A stretch of DNA of 64,000 nucleotides from Lama guanicoe (lineage: Eukaryota). Position 1 is the stretch's first letter. Every line of letters begins with the position of its first letter. Below the pieces are notes generated by a model. It had not been told where the DNA came from and did not search any database. It saw nothing but the letters and a program-made list of their open reading frames with translations. The DNA lies in the NCBI GenBank assembly GCA_013239625.1, contig MU053216.1:1180001-1244000 (forward strand), written 5' to 3'. Position numbers and translations under genes: made by a program. This document shows positions 25,646 to 39,200 of the stretch, piece after piece.

Positions 25646-26689
25646 ATTAAATTGAAGCTCAGAGAATTAAAGTTGCTTGTCAGGATCACACAGCTGCTCA
25701 GTGGCCAAGACCAGGAGAAGGTGCCTCCAGAGCCCAGGCGTAGAGCCCAGGCTTCCTGGCCCCGAGGGAGCGTGGCCCCACCCGGCGCTGCCTCTCCGGG
25801 TTTGCTGTGGTCCTCACCTAGCCTGGCCCAGTGGCTTCCTCCGGGCCCAGGCAGCGGGCTCCGGGGGGCAGTGTCCATCTCTAACTCACCTGGGGCAGCC
25901 AGCCCTCGGCCTCCCCTCCCCTGCCTCCCCTCCCATCTCCCTAGCCAGGCAGCTGCCTGGTGACAGAAGCTGTGCCAGATCGGGGCATGAGAAGTGGAGT
26001 TGAATTTACTGGGCGACTCTGGGTTTAGAGAGGTGCGCTAATCCCTTAAGAGACGTGTGGCAGGAGATGAGAGGCCCCGAGAGCTGGGGAGGAAATCCCC
26101 GCGGGCTGCGGGCCCGGCCCTCGGCTGATTCCCCCCAGAGATCAGCTTCGGGTCCGCAGGAAACGCACGGGCTCTGAGCTTCCGAGGCAGAGAAGTGGTA
26201 ATTAGGGAAGATGCTGCCTTCCAGCCAGGGGAGGGGGACAGGGGGAGGAACTGAGTTAGCCTGGGGTGTTGCGAGAGTGGCCGGAGCCGTGAAGGGCAGG
26301 CGCCAGCTCTGTCCCTGCCGGGCTCCCTCCTCCCAGGGGGCAGGGAGTGAGCTGGGGGTCCTAGCCCCGGGCAGAGCAGGTCCCAGGGGTGTCTCTACTG
26401 GCCCCGGGCAGTGGCTGGCAGGGCCCTGGAGTTCTGAGCCTGGTGCCTCCCTGGGGGCACTGGGTCCATTTCCTCAAACCACAGGATCCTCCATGCTGGC
26501 CAGGGGAGGCCTGACAGGGCACCCCCTTCCCAGGCCCCAGGGAGGGGCAGGCCTGTCCTGCAGAGTCCGGGGTCCTGAGCGCCAGTGCCAGGTGCACAGT
26601 GCTTGCTGGGCCCTCGGGGAGGTCCACCTCCAAGGCGGCGGAAGGCCAGACTTTGGGGCTGCTCTCCCAGCATTTTCACCTGGGCTTGA

Positions 26690-26869
<180 letters not shown>

Positions 26870-27488
26870 ACGGCGGTGCAGCCAGGTCACCGGGGTGTGG
26901 CCAGGTCACGGTCACAGCAAGGACCGCAGGCCGCAGCGGCCCGCCTCCTGGCTGGGCGGAGCCAGGGCCTCTCCTTCCCCTCGGGGCCGCCTTCCCTTTA
27001 AAAGGGGCTTCCCTTCAAAAGCCCCAGACATTTTTCCTTCTCCTTCTCTTTAGAAATGTCATGCTTGGCTGGTTAGTTCAGGAAGAATGAGGGTCCATGG
27101 TCCCTGGTTTGCCTGCTCAGGTGGTCTTTGGGTGGAGGGAAGGGGACGACAGGGCAGGAGGGGCTGGGGGGCGGTCTCAGGACAGGAGCTTCCCCCTGCC
27201 ACCATCCCAGCTCAGCCTCACCCTCGCCCTCAGGACGGCCCCGTGGGGTCACACCTGGACACCGTTCCATGCCCTCGCCTACTCCGCCGCCTGGCCCCGG
27301 CTCCACTCCAGAAGCCGGGTGGCGCCCCCGCCCCCGCGCCGGCCTGCAGTTGCCGGGCCTGGCGGGCCCCGAGGCTGTGCTCTGAGCACCTGGGTCCTGC
27401 TCTCGGATCACCACCTGTCCTTGAGCTTCCTTGTACCAGTGCGCGGAGAAAGGTCATCCTCGCCTTGTCTGTAAATCAAGGAGGCACC

Positions 27489-27494
27489 ATTAAA
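27489..27494 (+). terminator. TMEM9: Probable TMEM9 polyadenylation signal ATTAAA
   Basis: ATTAAA about 620 nt after the stop codon, followed by U-rich sequence. Confidence 0.65.
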
Positions 27495-29329
27495 CTGTCA
27501 TTCTTCTCACTTTGCAGACGTCACGAGACTTAGAGAACCGAGTGTACTACAAGTGACCCAGTGAGCACGGGACCCAGAGAGGGGATGAAAGCATTGTCCT
27601 GGTTGGGTCCAGGCAGAGGGGCGGGGCCCGGACGGTCCAGGGGCTGTGGCAGCGCCCACGGAGGGCAGGGGCCGACCCGAGTTTATTTGCATTTCATCTT
27701 TGTGTGGGTCTCCTGAAACTGAACAGCGTCTGACATTGACGTCCTACAACTACACAAAACGGTGCTCGCTGCAAAGCTCGTCTGTTTCCCCAAATGAAAA
27801 CCAGCAGGTGCTCAGAGAGGGGTGGGGGCAGCCTGGGAAAAGCGCTGCAGGGAGAAGGGCCCCTGGGGAGCCCAGCTCCAGGTGGGCTCCATCCCTCCCG
27901 AAAGTGGGGTGCGGGGTGCGTCCGGGACCCGGGCAGAAACAGGGACCCGGGGCGTCCAGTTGGATCTGATGGAGTCTCGGTCCAAATCGGTGTGTCCAGA
28001 ACCTCTGCGTGGAGCCCCAAGCCGGCTTCTTGGCGAGGTGGGCATTTTACTTTGCAAAGTGCGCCCGAGTTCAGGGCCAGCTGCGGGCGCTGAAGGGTGT
28101 GGGAGGGGTGGCGGGGCGATGGGGTTTCCAGGAGGAGCAGAGACATTGGGCTGGCGTCGGAGGCAAGTAGGCACACGGCGGAGAGGGGCCTGGTGGGCTG
28201 GGGCTCCGAGCACGCATGCCTCGCCAGCGTGAGCTTGTGAAGTCCTGGGAGGCCCACACGCTGCTGGTGGGGGCTGGGCAGGGGAGCCGGTGCTGGTCCC
28301 CCTCTGCTCTCTGCCCGGCTGTGTTGGGCACCTCGTGGGCCTTGTTGTCCCTCCATGGTGCGGATGCTCTAACTTGAGAGGCAGATAAAATCAAGGCTTT
28401 CCAGAAGTGGGCAGACAGATGTGTTAGCTTATCAGGAGTAACCAGTCCAGAAGTTGGTGTCTAAAACTTACAGGTCATCCCTCAAAACCACACTGCCTGG
28501 GGGAACCGCAAGCACAGGGCTTCTCTGAGTCTCGGTGGCGTCTTGCAAGAAAGCCGGCCTGTCTTTGGCCACCTTGAGGCTGCGGTCTGAGGCGTGCGCT
28601 GTAGGCGCAGTAAAGAAGCCTGGTGTATGAAAATGAGGGAACGTGAGTGGTGAGGGGTGACTGCCCCCTTTCCACAGGGACTCAGCCAGGAGCCCAGCCT
28701 CTCAGGGCGCTTTGACTTCACATAGAAACTGGCTTCAGACTCGCTCCCGAGTGCCTCGCTGTCTTGTGACGAACGGCGCCCGAGCAGGGTGGAGAGCAGG
28801 GTCCCTGAGCCAGTGCAGCAGAGACCAGGCCACTTCCTCCCACCTCGGCTGTGAAGTCGATTCTGGCGTCATATTCAGGAGCCCTGTTTGTCTCCATGCG
28901 CATCGGCCACACTGTTGTGCAAAGGGTTGGTCTCACCTGGGAAAACTGGTGGGGTTGGTCCCTACAGCCTGAGGCCCAGTGCGCACCCCTCGGGGCCTGG
29001 AGGGAAGTGACATGTGTCGGGTGGAGAGGGAGGGGCCTGCTCCCGGAGCCCCTTCCTCTGTCCCCACCAGGCTGGCTCCACCTCCTCGTTCTCATCTGTT
29101 TCTCTGCCTGAGACCCCAGCTGGGGCTCCTAGCCCGGGCTGACTTCCCTGACCCACCTTGGGCGACTCAGCTCTGCTCACAGGACTGAGCGGGGCCCCTG
29201 CGCTCATGGTCCCCGCCCCATCTCCCACGCCTCCCAGGGCCTTTAGTCCCAGGCAGGCTTCCTGTGTTTCCCCCGCCCGCGGCCGCTGTGGGGAATCTCG
29301 CCTCGCTGCTTCAAGAAAATCAAGGCCAT

Positions 29330-30140
29330 GAGATGTGATCGCTCAACTTCCTTACCCTCGTCTGCAGGTTTTCCTTCCTGCTATCTTGACTCCTTTGCTT
29401 TGATCTTGGAGATGACATGTCCCTCCTGTTCAAAGCCAGCCCACCCGTCCCCTCTTCCTGAGACCGCCCTCACCTCTTCAGCCCTGTCCCCCTCCCGGTC
29501 CCTCCCAGCCTGTCAACATGCTCAAGTCCCCGCCCTGAAAGGCCCGCCTGCGGGCTCCATGCTCGCCTCTGGCTACAGCAGGTCTCCCTGTCCCCAGGCC
29601 CCTTTCACTCAGCCCTCCCCCCCGCGCTCCCGCAGCAAGGTTGCCGGTGACATAACTGCCAGACCCAGGCCTGTCCCGGTCTCTTGCCTTCCTGCCCCCC
29701 CGCTGGTCTGACACTGAGATCCTTAGGGGTCTGTTCTCAGCTTGAGCCAGAATTTGTTGAACGTCTGAATTCTCTCCCTGAGGCTCTTTTGGGGCTTCCT
29801 GGCGTTCATTCTAGAGCCTTCATCCCCAGCCCTATCGGACCCCTGCGCTCCAGACCCCTGCTTGGCTCCCAGCTGGGCCCTCCCTCTGGGCGCCACAGAG
29901 CCCGTCCCGTCTGGACTGGCAGGTCCACAGATAAACTCATCCTTGCCCAGAAGGTGGCTCTCCTCACATCCTTCACTTCTGTTGGAGGTACCACCGCTCC
30001 CCACGGTGATCAGGCCGGAAACCTGGAGGTCATTTGATTCTCGATTCTACCCTGGATTGTGGTTCCCACGTCCAGTTGCTCACAAAGTCTCACCAACTTG
30101 ACCTCCAGGGAGCTGGGGTCTGTGTCCTCTGTGCCCCGAC
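29330..30140 (+). mobile_element. Degenerate L2 fragment
   Basis: Pyrimidine-rich, with L2-like motifs (caggccggaaacctggaggtcatttgattctc); limits are approximate. Confidence 0.5.
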
Positions 30141-31214
30141 ACCCCAGCTCATCGTTTGTCACGGGGCTGCTGGGGTTCTCGTGAGGAGCGCTGGGGAGCC
30201 CGCTTTACCCTGATCATGTCACGTCTCTGCCAGGCTGTCCACAGCGCCCCCTTCCCTAAGGCCTGAGGACTGAGGCCATTGTCTGCCTGCCCCCCTGGCC
30301 TTTAATGAAGTGGTGGGGCCTCTGCAGCCCCTTGAGGGGGTGTCAACGGGCCCCCAAACACGTGCTCCCCCAGGGGTCAGGGTGTTGGCCAAAGGTGCCA
30401 GTGAGGCTCTGTGTCCTTGACGGGAGGCCCTGGCAGGAGCTGGCCGCCTTCTCACCGGCTCCCACCGGCCACTGCCCTGCCGGGGGCCCTGAAGAGGTGA
30501 CTGAGGGGTGGGGCAGGAATGCCTGGGCCTGGCTGCTGTGTCCAGCCCTGGGCACCAGCTGTCCGGCTCAGGCCACTCCCAGGGGCCAGGGAGCAGGCAG
30601 GGCAGTGCCAGCCTGAAGGCAGGAAGGACCTGGCTTCCCGACGCCTCCCAGCCCCTTTGTGTCCGTGATGGTGCCTCGCCCCGGCGGGCTGCCGCAGACG
30701 CTCATCAGGTGGAGGGCGGTGGCGAGCCGAGCTCCGGCCAGTGCGGGGGCAGGCTTCTTTCCCCACTGCTGCTCTGGGTCGAGTGAGGAATGAGTTGTTA
30801 CTGTGTCTGAAACAACCCTCGCGCTCCCTGTGCCTGGCGGTTCTAACTCACAACTGCCTCACGCTGTAACGGCCAAACCCCACCCAGCGAGGCAGGCGTT
30901 GGCAGACGCCATGCGGACATCCTCCTCCTTGAGATCGGGCCGGAGGACCCCAGGAACCCTGACCTCTCAGCCAGATCCCACTGTGTGGAAGTTCTGCCCT
31001 GAATTTCCTGGCGGTGGGGGCGGGGCTCGCGGTTCCCAAGTGTGGAGATGAGCAGGGAGCCGGCCTGGAGGCAGGCTGACCCGAGGGCGCTGCCCCTGCC
31101 TCAGGGTGGGTGTCAGGTGCCGGTCCCCACCCTGGCCCTGCTGCTCCCCCCACGTGACCGGACGCAGCTTCTCTCTCAGCCTCAGCTTCTGATGGACAGT
31201 GAGGACTAGAAGCC

Positions 31215-31432
31215 AGCCCGTTTTTTCTCAAAGTGTGGTCCGCACACGCGAGGCGACCTTAGGTGGTACCCGGAAGAAGGCTTCCTGTTCTAGTAGTTAT
31301 GTGATTACGTTAACGTGCATTAGAACGAGACGTGATTAGCACATAAACTGCATGAGTTTGTGGGTATTAATGTGAAGGACAAGTAAAGGGGGAAGGGGTA
31401 TATGTGAGGGAAGATGTTAGGGAAGCACTGAG
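31215..31432. mobile_element. Degenerate hAT/Charlie MITE
   Basis: Termini tttctcaaagtgtggtcc and gttagggaagcactg resemble Charlie TIRs around an AT-rich core. Confidence 0.45.
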
Positions 31433-32548
31433 TCAAGCGGTTCTCAGAAGCAGCAGAAATCTGGGCAGGAGCTGCCACTTTGGGGCCCTGGTTTCTGGGG
31501 TACCATCAGTTCTGATGCCTGTGGCCTATGTAACCCCTAGATGGTCCAGTGGGGAGACAAAGCACCGAGGGGGGTCTTGCCAAGGCTCCGCTGGCTCGAT
31601 GGTGCAGGGAGGCTCAGACCAGGCTCCAAACAGACCCCACCCAGAAACCCTGGACTCTCCCAGATAGGAGGGATTTATCATGCAGAGGCCAGGCACGGGG
31701 ACACCAGGCCAGACTGCCTGGGTCCAGGCCCAGCACTGACCCAGCTGCGTGGGTTGGGCAAACTAATCTTTGTCTCCTCAGCTGAGAAACGAGAACAGCC
31801 CCTCGTCGCATGTGGGGAGTGGGCATAAAGCCGTTGGGTGTGGTGCGTGCCCACATGTCAGGCGTGTCCCCACCACTGCTGAAGGGATGCTGTGGGCCCC
31901 AGCCCACTCCACGTGCCTTCTGTCTGCAAGGAAGCCATGAGGAACCCCTCCCCCACCAGGTGAGGTGACAAAGAAGGGTCCAGAACACAGGACCTTCCAG
32001 CTGCGTCCCCTGGATCAGCAAGCTTCGCCAGACAGGGCTGGGCTCTCGCTGCTCAGGCTAAACTGGCCAACCCTTCCCTCTCAGATGACCACCCAGGAGA
32101 GTGGCCTGGGGACACCCGAGGGCCCCTCCAGCGCTGGTGCCCGCCAGCCCCCCACCCTGCTGGCTGTGCGGCGCCCTCCCCAGCCCTGGAGAGGCACGGC
32201 CCCTGTCCTGGTTCCCAGGTCAGCCCCAGGAGCACCCAGTGATCACCCGACAGCCCCAACACCCAAAGCTGCTCCAGAGAGAAGGCTGTCTGCCCCCAGC
32301 CGTCAGGGCTTCCCCACCGTTAGGAGACCCGTGTCCTCCTGGGCCTCCACCCTGTGCGGCCACGAGGCACTCCCTGAGCTCCGGCGCAAGTCCTCCTGCC
32401 GCATAGACGCCCATTCTGGAGGCTCTCCAGCCTCCCCACACGGGCCCCTGTGCATCCCGCCTCGGCCCCGGCTGGGCAGCTCGGGAGGACAGCATCTCCA
32501 CTCGCCCTGGGCTCCAGCCGGAGCTGCAGGTGCCTTGCTCGGAGCAGG

Positions 32549-32832
32549 AGCCAATCACCTGAGGCCAGGGTGGCCCTGTCTCCTCCTCAGAGCCCATCCC
32601 AGATCAGAGAAGCCCCCACCCCGCCCTCCCCCCTCCCCTTCTGGGTGTGTCGCCGTTTGAAGCTTAATCAGGTGAAGTGTACCTGGTTCCTGTGCCGGGC
32701 GGGAAGCTGGCCAGAGGCTGTGGAGGACGCAGCAGGCTCGGCGGGACCTCGGGCTGGTCCTCCCGGAGGCCCCCGGGTCACAGCCGTAGGGCGGAGCCGC
32801 AGCACAGGAGGAAAAGCCCAGGAGAGGTAACT
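32549..32832 (+). promoter_or_regulatory. Candidate ASCL5 promoter and non-coding first exon
   Basis: AGCCAATCA (32549-32557), GC boxes at ~32618-32640, and donor GAG|gtaact at 32827. It lies about 10 kb upstream of the ASCL5 acceptor, similar to the human two-exon layout as I recall it. Inference only. Confidence 0.3.
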
Positions 32833-35800
32833 GCGGAGGTGGCGGCCCAGGGAAGTGTCCTGAAAGGGTGAGGCCAGTGGCAGGCCTGGGGGAGCGAGGC
32901 CAGGAGCGCTGTGTGGTCAGGGCTTGGTCGGCTGCAGAGGGAAGGGAAACAGAGGCAGCCACCTGCAGGTGGGATGACAGCTCCCACCTCTGAGGGGAGA
33001 AGGCGAGGTTGGCCGTGCAGCCAAGGGCATTGCCACCAACGGGGGATCTTTCCGAGGACTTGCCCTCTGGGAGCCCACTGTCCCTGGGTGTGTCCGGGTT
33101 CCCACCCCTGCCAGCATCCAGCGACGAAAGCGTGGATTTTCTGGGTGGAGATCAGAGGGGGAGGCTTCCTGGAGAGGAGCTAAGTGTGAAGGCTGAGGAC
33201 AGGGGGAGTCTGTGCTGTGTCTGACGTGGGAGTGGGCTTGCGGGGGCTGCAGGGCCGTGGTCGGGGCATGGCCTCCGGAGCTGGCGGCCGGGGTCACATC
33301 CCAGCCCCGGCAGGTCAGAGCTGTGTGACCACAGGCCCCTGGCTCGTGGGGTCTCTCCCACCACCTGTTCAGCGGTATCGGCCTTGCCGATCCGTCGTGA
33401 GGAGCGAGTGAGCCCAGAACTCACGCTGGCACCCAGCGCAGAGCAAGTGCTACAGAAATAAACGTGCCTGCTGTTTCTTCAGTCCTGCTGTTTACTAGAA
33501 ATGAGAGCTCACTAGAGCCCACTGAAGCTCTCCAAGCCTCGGTTTCCCCATCTGCAAAATGGGGTAAGAATTTACCCCAAGGGGATTAAATTAGTTGCGA
33601 GCACAGGGCAGGCCCAGTGGCTAGTGGCCTCCCTCCCTGTCAAGTCAGCCAAGGTCTGTCCCCATGAAAGCCTGCTGTTTCCTCCCCTTTAGGGCCCATG
33701 CTTTACCCACTCCCACAGGAGGTGTCTGGATAGAAACGTTTCACATTTCAGGCCCAGAACCTGTGTATAGCTGCTCCGTCCGTCACAGACATTAGGCACA
33801 CAAGACGTGGCCTGTGAGAGCAGTGACCCTCTCTGGTCAGCTTGGTGACACTCACATGTGACCACAAGCTTGGGCACCTGTCGGCTCCCCTCTCCTGAGG
33901 GACCGCGATGCCCACAGATGGCAGGTGAACAGCAGGCCAGAGGGCACTGGGGAGAGTGTTCCCAAACCCTCAGGCTTGGGGATTCGGGGAAGAAAGAGAA
34001 AGAACAGGAGAGGGCAGGGGGCATTGTGCACAAGAAGAGGCCCCGATGGTCCTGGAAGGAGGGGTAGGACTGGGACAGGCGATGAGAGGGCTGGTGCTGG
34101 GGGAGGGGAGAGCCCCAGGCTGAGGGAGAGAAGGCGGGGGGGGGGTGCTGGGCCGGGGCTGAGCTGGGCGCGGGGAGAGCCGGTGGGGAGCAGGAGGGTG
34201 GCGGACCGCCAAGGCCCCGCAGCACTAGGCGAGGCGGGCAGGTTCCTGGCCGTGAACTGCCGGTGGGAGTTTCTCGGCACAGCAGTGCTCTGGACGCGGG
34301 CGGGCGGGGTGTGTCCGGAGCCGGCGTTCGTGGCAGGGCTGGGGCGGGAGCTGGTCCGGCAGCAGCCAGGGTGCTTCCCTGGGAGGTCTCCCCCAGGGCG
34401 TGGGTGCTGGTGCCCCCTCCGCCCCCAGCACAGAGTGGCAAGGGTGAGGGGGCTTGCTCGCGGTCCTGCAGTGGGGAACTGGCAACGCCACGACCCTCAG
34501 CCGTGCTGACTCCAGACCCTTGGTCGTAAGCCACCTTTTGCCAAGATGCAGGGAGCTCTCTGAGACGTGGGAACAGCCTGAGAGAGCAGATGGCAGAAGC
34601 CTGGGGCAGCTGCACACACGGGAGGGGGACCTGGGGGCTGCTGTCCCCCTGGCCCCAGACCTGGGCTCCACCAGCTCGGTTCCTCCCTGTGACATGGCTG
34701 AAGCCTCCTTCCTCGTGGGGACCCGCGATGATCCAGGGAGATCTGTGTGTGAGCAGCGTGAGTTCACTTTCCTCCCTCCTGCAGACCCAGGTGACCTTGT
34801 GTTCTGGAAGCCCTGTGGCCGGGAGTCACTTTCCACCCACAAATGCTCTAAGTCGATGGGTGGTCAGGAGGGGCCTCGGGAAACCTCAGACTTTTGCTCT
34901 GTGGCCCTGAGGGCTCTCCCCATGAGACACATGGAAGGGAGCGTCCCTTTGGGGCAAAGGGAGCTAGAGCCTCTGTCCTCTGGTCCCCAAGTCGGTGGTG
35001 ACCTGGGCTCCAAGCACAGTTCTCTGTCTGAGGTCGGTGCTGGGCCCTGGCAGGAGCGCAGGGGGCGATGCCATGCGATGGCCCGGTGGGCACCCAGTAG
35101 GGCAGAGGCGCCCGTCTGCCCCTCAGCCCATGAACCAGCTCCAAGCCACTGGTCTGCACCTGGGGAGGCTCAGACGTGGCCCGTTTCCCTGTCAAAGCTG
35201 CTGTCTTCCGCAGACGCTCCTGGTTTGGGCTGCCCCTGCCTTCCCGCAGGGTGACTTTCCTTTCTCATTTTTTACCTTTGAAATTAGCACCGATTATTCC
35301 CAAGAGTTGGGAACCACCCTGGGGCGCACGCCCGGTGCAGGCAGCAATCGAAGTCACAGGAGGGGCGTTCGGACAGCCACGTGCCTCCCTCCAGCAGGAG
35401 GCGGGCTGGACACTGGGCTCCCAACCGACATTCCAGCCAGGGTCCTGCCTTTGCCTTCCCTCCCTCGGTGCCCCCTCAGGCACTCCCACCCCCACCCCCA
35501 TGGAGGCTTTGGACCCCTTTGAGCTCTTTCTACCCACGCTCTCTCTGAAGTCCGGCGAGGGGCCACTTTATGGTAACGTTTTATTCTCTGAGCCACATTA
35601 GCGCTGATTGGTGGCTTTGGGCCAAGTGTCCTGACGTCTTGGCTCCTAAGCTAGCAGCCTCTTCCTGCCCATTTCGGTGTAACTGACAGTGGGGGCAGGG
35701 GGAGGTAAGGGTCGGGGTGAAGCAGTGGGAGCAACGTCCAGAGCAGCCTGCCTCCTGAATCTCAGTTTTACTCATTCTCTTGGGCTGTTCAGAAAGACTC

Positions 35801-36244
35801 ATTCCTGGACAGAGGAGAATTCCTGGCCAGTCCCAAGGTGTACACCAGTGTCTCTCAAGTGCCATCGGCTGTGTGGCCTTGGGAAAGTTACCTGACCTCT
35901 CTGGGCCTCAGCTGTCCTATCTGTCACAAGGATAATAATAGTCCCCACCTTCCTGTGAGGAATCCATGGCTGTGCGTGCACATCAGGGTCACTGAGGAGC
36001 GCGCCTGACCTGGAGGAGGTCCCATGTGAAAGTCAGCTCTCCGCTCCAAGCAGGCTCAGAATCCCAGGCACTCAGTGGCTGCGAGCCAGTGCGTCAGTTT
36101 CTGAAGGTAAACCCAGCAGGTCCCTTGGTGGCGAACGCAGGAATGAATTTCCCCAAAGCGCGCTGCAGGCTGGAGAGGACGCGTGCGGAAGCTGCCCGGC
36201 CCTCGGCCCCCACCCTTCGCCCTGGCGAGGATGGCCCCGAGCGG

Positions 36245-36283
36245 GGCTGCTTCTCTCACAGCGGCTGCTTCTCTCACAGCGGC
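36245..36283. repeat. Perfect 18-bp tandem duplication (ggctgcttctctcacagc x2.2)
   Basis: Read directly. Confidence 0.95.
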
Positions 36284-39200
36284 AACCACAGAAACAGATC
36301 GTTGTGATCCTCTTATGTTTAGAACTTTACGGCTCACAGAGCGGTCATACAAACGTTTCCACTTGGTCGTCAAACTGACCCAAGCAGACGGGGCAGGACG
36401 GCCGCCCCGCGGCCAGCTCCGGGAGTCGGGGCGGGGGCGGGGGCGGCTGAGACGGGACGCTTCCCTCCCCCTCACGCTGGTGTGTCTCCTTTCTCCTCCC
36501 CTCCTTCGGCTTCTTTCTCTCAGTCTGTGTATACAGCGAGCAGTGCCCCTTCAGGAGCCCCAGTGCAGGGACATGCATCTCAGCTCTGCCTGTACCAGCT
36601 GTGTTACCTTGGCAGGTTGCTTACCCTCTCTGTGTCTTCATCTCCTCATCTGCGACATGGGATGCTGACATCCCAGGGCTGTATGAGGGTTCCCGAGCAC
36701 ACTCAGAGCAGATGTGCGAGGTGGGCTCTGCCACTTACGTGCCGTCCAGGTGGCCCTCTGCTGCGCCCCACCCATAGCAGGGCTGCGGGACGGGGCTCAG
36801 GAGATGCCTGGCAGCCAGTTCTGCAGGTGCTGGGATGCAGGCTGATCACATTCAGCTTATCTGGAGAACCGTGTGAACTGGTCACCCTAGTCCTTCAGAG
36901 GTGTGAGCAGAGTCAGGCCCTTGTGTGCAGAATTTCCCCTCCAGCCGTCCACCAGGACAGACATGGCTCTGGCAGCCGCTGAGCGTGGGCATCAGTGCTG
37001 TGTCCAGATGCCATGTTGGGGGTGACACCTGCTGATGTGGGCCTGTCAGAGCCGTGTCCCAGGATCTTGAAGCCTCAGGGGTTCTTTCCAGCACTACCCC
37101 GGCCGTACTGGCCACGCCAGCTCCCCAGGATTCCGTTCCTACAAGGACCACATGACTCACATCCATTCCTCTTCCCTTTCCAATAGCCTCTGAGGGAGGT
37201 GTCATTGCCCCCATCTTGCAGGTGAGGACACTGAGGTTTGCAGCATCAGCACGTGGCCTGAGGTCCCTCCGTCCGTAAGGGCAGAGCCCGGATCCGGTCT
37301 GGGAGGGTCTGGCCTGAAGCCGTGCCTCCCGTTCGTGGGGCTGCCTCTCACACAGGGCTCCCCAGCCTGCGAGGTGCTCTGAGGAGCCTGATATGCTTCC
37401 CGGGGACCGAGGGCAGCGGCCTCTGGAATTGCCTTCCTGTGACACCCCAGTGTTGTAGGAACCAAGGAGGGACCAAGCCCCTCTCCTGTCTCTGGCTCCC
37501 AGGAAATCCTGTAAAGATCAGGGCTCTCGCCAAAAAGTTGGGCAGCCCTGCCTGGCCGAGAAGGTCCTCGCGCACCACCCCGAACAGCTGAGCTGCAGCT
37601 CGGCTGTGTGACCCTGAGTGGCTCTCCCAGCCTCTCTGAGCCTCGAGTTCCTCATCTGTAAACAGGTGTGAGGGTTACACGAGACTGGAGCGCAGAGCAC
37701 CAAGCAAGGCCAGGCATCGGGAGTCACCTGATCCACGCCAGCCTTCCTTCTCCAGGCCGTTCCCCTCCTTCCGGAGTCCCAGCCGAGCCCCCTGTGTTTG
37801 AGCACCTGGCTAGGTCACTGGGTTGAAGCTCTCCAGGCTCCTCTCTCTGGAAGTGGCCTGGGGGCAGCACTGAGGGCAGTGAGAGGGTCTAGGCGGGCTC
37901 CGGGCAGAGGCCCACGAATAGCAATGCCTCCCTCGTGGCGAGGCCAGCGGGGTGGGGAGGCCCAACCCAGCGGCCCAAGCCCTGTAGCTGCCTGGAGGAG
38001 GAGGCATCGGTCTCCAGCCCCCATGGGCACTCTGTGGGCCCGTGGTTGCCAGGCCCGACTGCCCCTTCTCCTGGGTCAGATCCGGGGCGGCATCACGGAG
38101 ATTCGAAATGACTGATGAGTTTACGTGGGGGCGCTGGACACGCATACGGCGGGACTGGTCAGGTCATCCTCCTAGAAACAGTTACAGGCCACAAGGTAGA
38201 CTCCCGAGGGGGACTGTGACCTTTCTCATTGGAAAAAGCAGCAGCACTTGCTTGTCCTGCAGACTTTAAAGCGCATTCCCTGCAGTGTATTCTACTTGAT
38301 GTCAGTAGGCTTGAGACCAACAAAAAGTGCTCTGAGGTCCACCTGGGGGCTTCTGGGTTACACGCAAGCAGCTTCCTTCCCGCAGGGCTTTCCCGTGGAA
38401 GCGAGCGCACCCTGGGCTCTCCAGGGAAGGAAGAAAGGGGCTGCATTTCTCAAAGCATTTGGCCAGGGGGCCCTTTGGGGAAAGAATACAGTGGCCACCT
38501 TTCCTGGAGGCAGGGGATGGCTGACGCCCACGTGTTCTGCCGTCCTGTGGTCCGTTTCCTTACAAATTCTCCCGGTTTGGGGTGGCAGGGGTAGGGCAGG
38601 CTCTGAAAAGAAGTCTTCATGAAGGTGCCAACAAGTCCCGTCTCTGTGATGTAGGCTGGTGGGCTCTCTGAGTGGAAGGAGAAGCAGGGGATCATGAGCC
38701 CACTTCTCCCAAAGCCACTTCTGAGCCACGTTCTGGGTTTGAAGTGACACATTCAGACAGTTTTTGACCTCAGACTCCCCCAGCTCTGGCCCTAGTCTTG
38801 CTGAAGACAGTGAGGGAAGCTAGAGAGGTAGAATGATGCTGTCTGCTCCGTAAACAGTCCAGCCTACTCAACGTTCACGAGCCCCTTTGCCTGATAAAGA
38901 TGGCTCAGCCCTCCCCGGAATACATGGTGTCAATCAGCAATCGTTTATGGAGCAGGTACCGTGTGTTTCAAAGACGAAGCATGATATAGGAGTTCTTGCT
39001 CTTGCAGTTTACAGCCTGGGTGGGGAGGCGGTGTCAGGAAGGGCGAGCAGAGGGCTCTTTGGCTGCCTGGGCCATGGAGAGTGTGGGGCCGGGGAACGGG
39101 GGAGACGAGGTTGGGTGACACTGGACACCTAGGAGGGGGAGGGCCTGGGGTCCGCCTACTGCGTCCAGGAGTTATAATGCTGTGCACTGGGGCTGGGGGT

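Noticed and set aside
33689..35254. Long overlapping ORFs (308, 266 and 205 aa), and similar ones at 19016, 23855, 26211 and 57652
   Set aside because: They have GC-rich random composition, many have non-ATG starts, and they show no domain or consistent splice structure.
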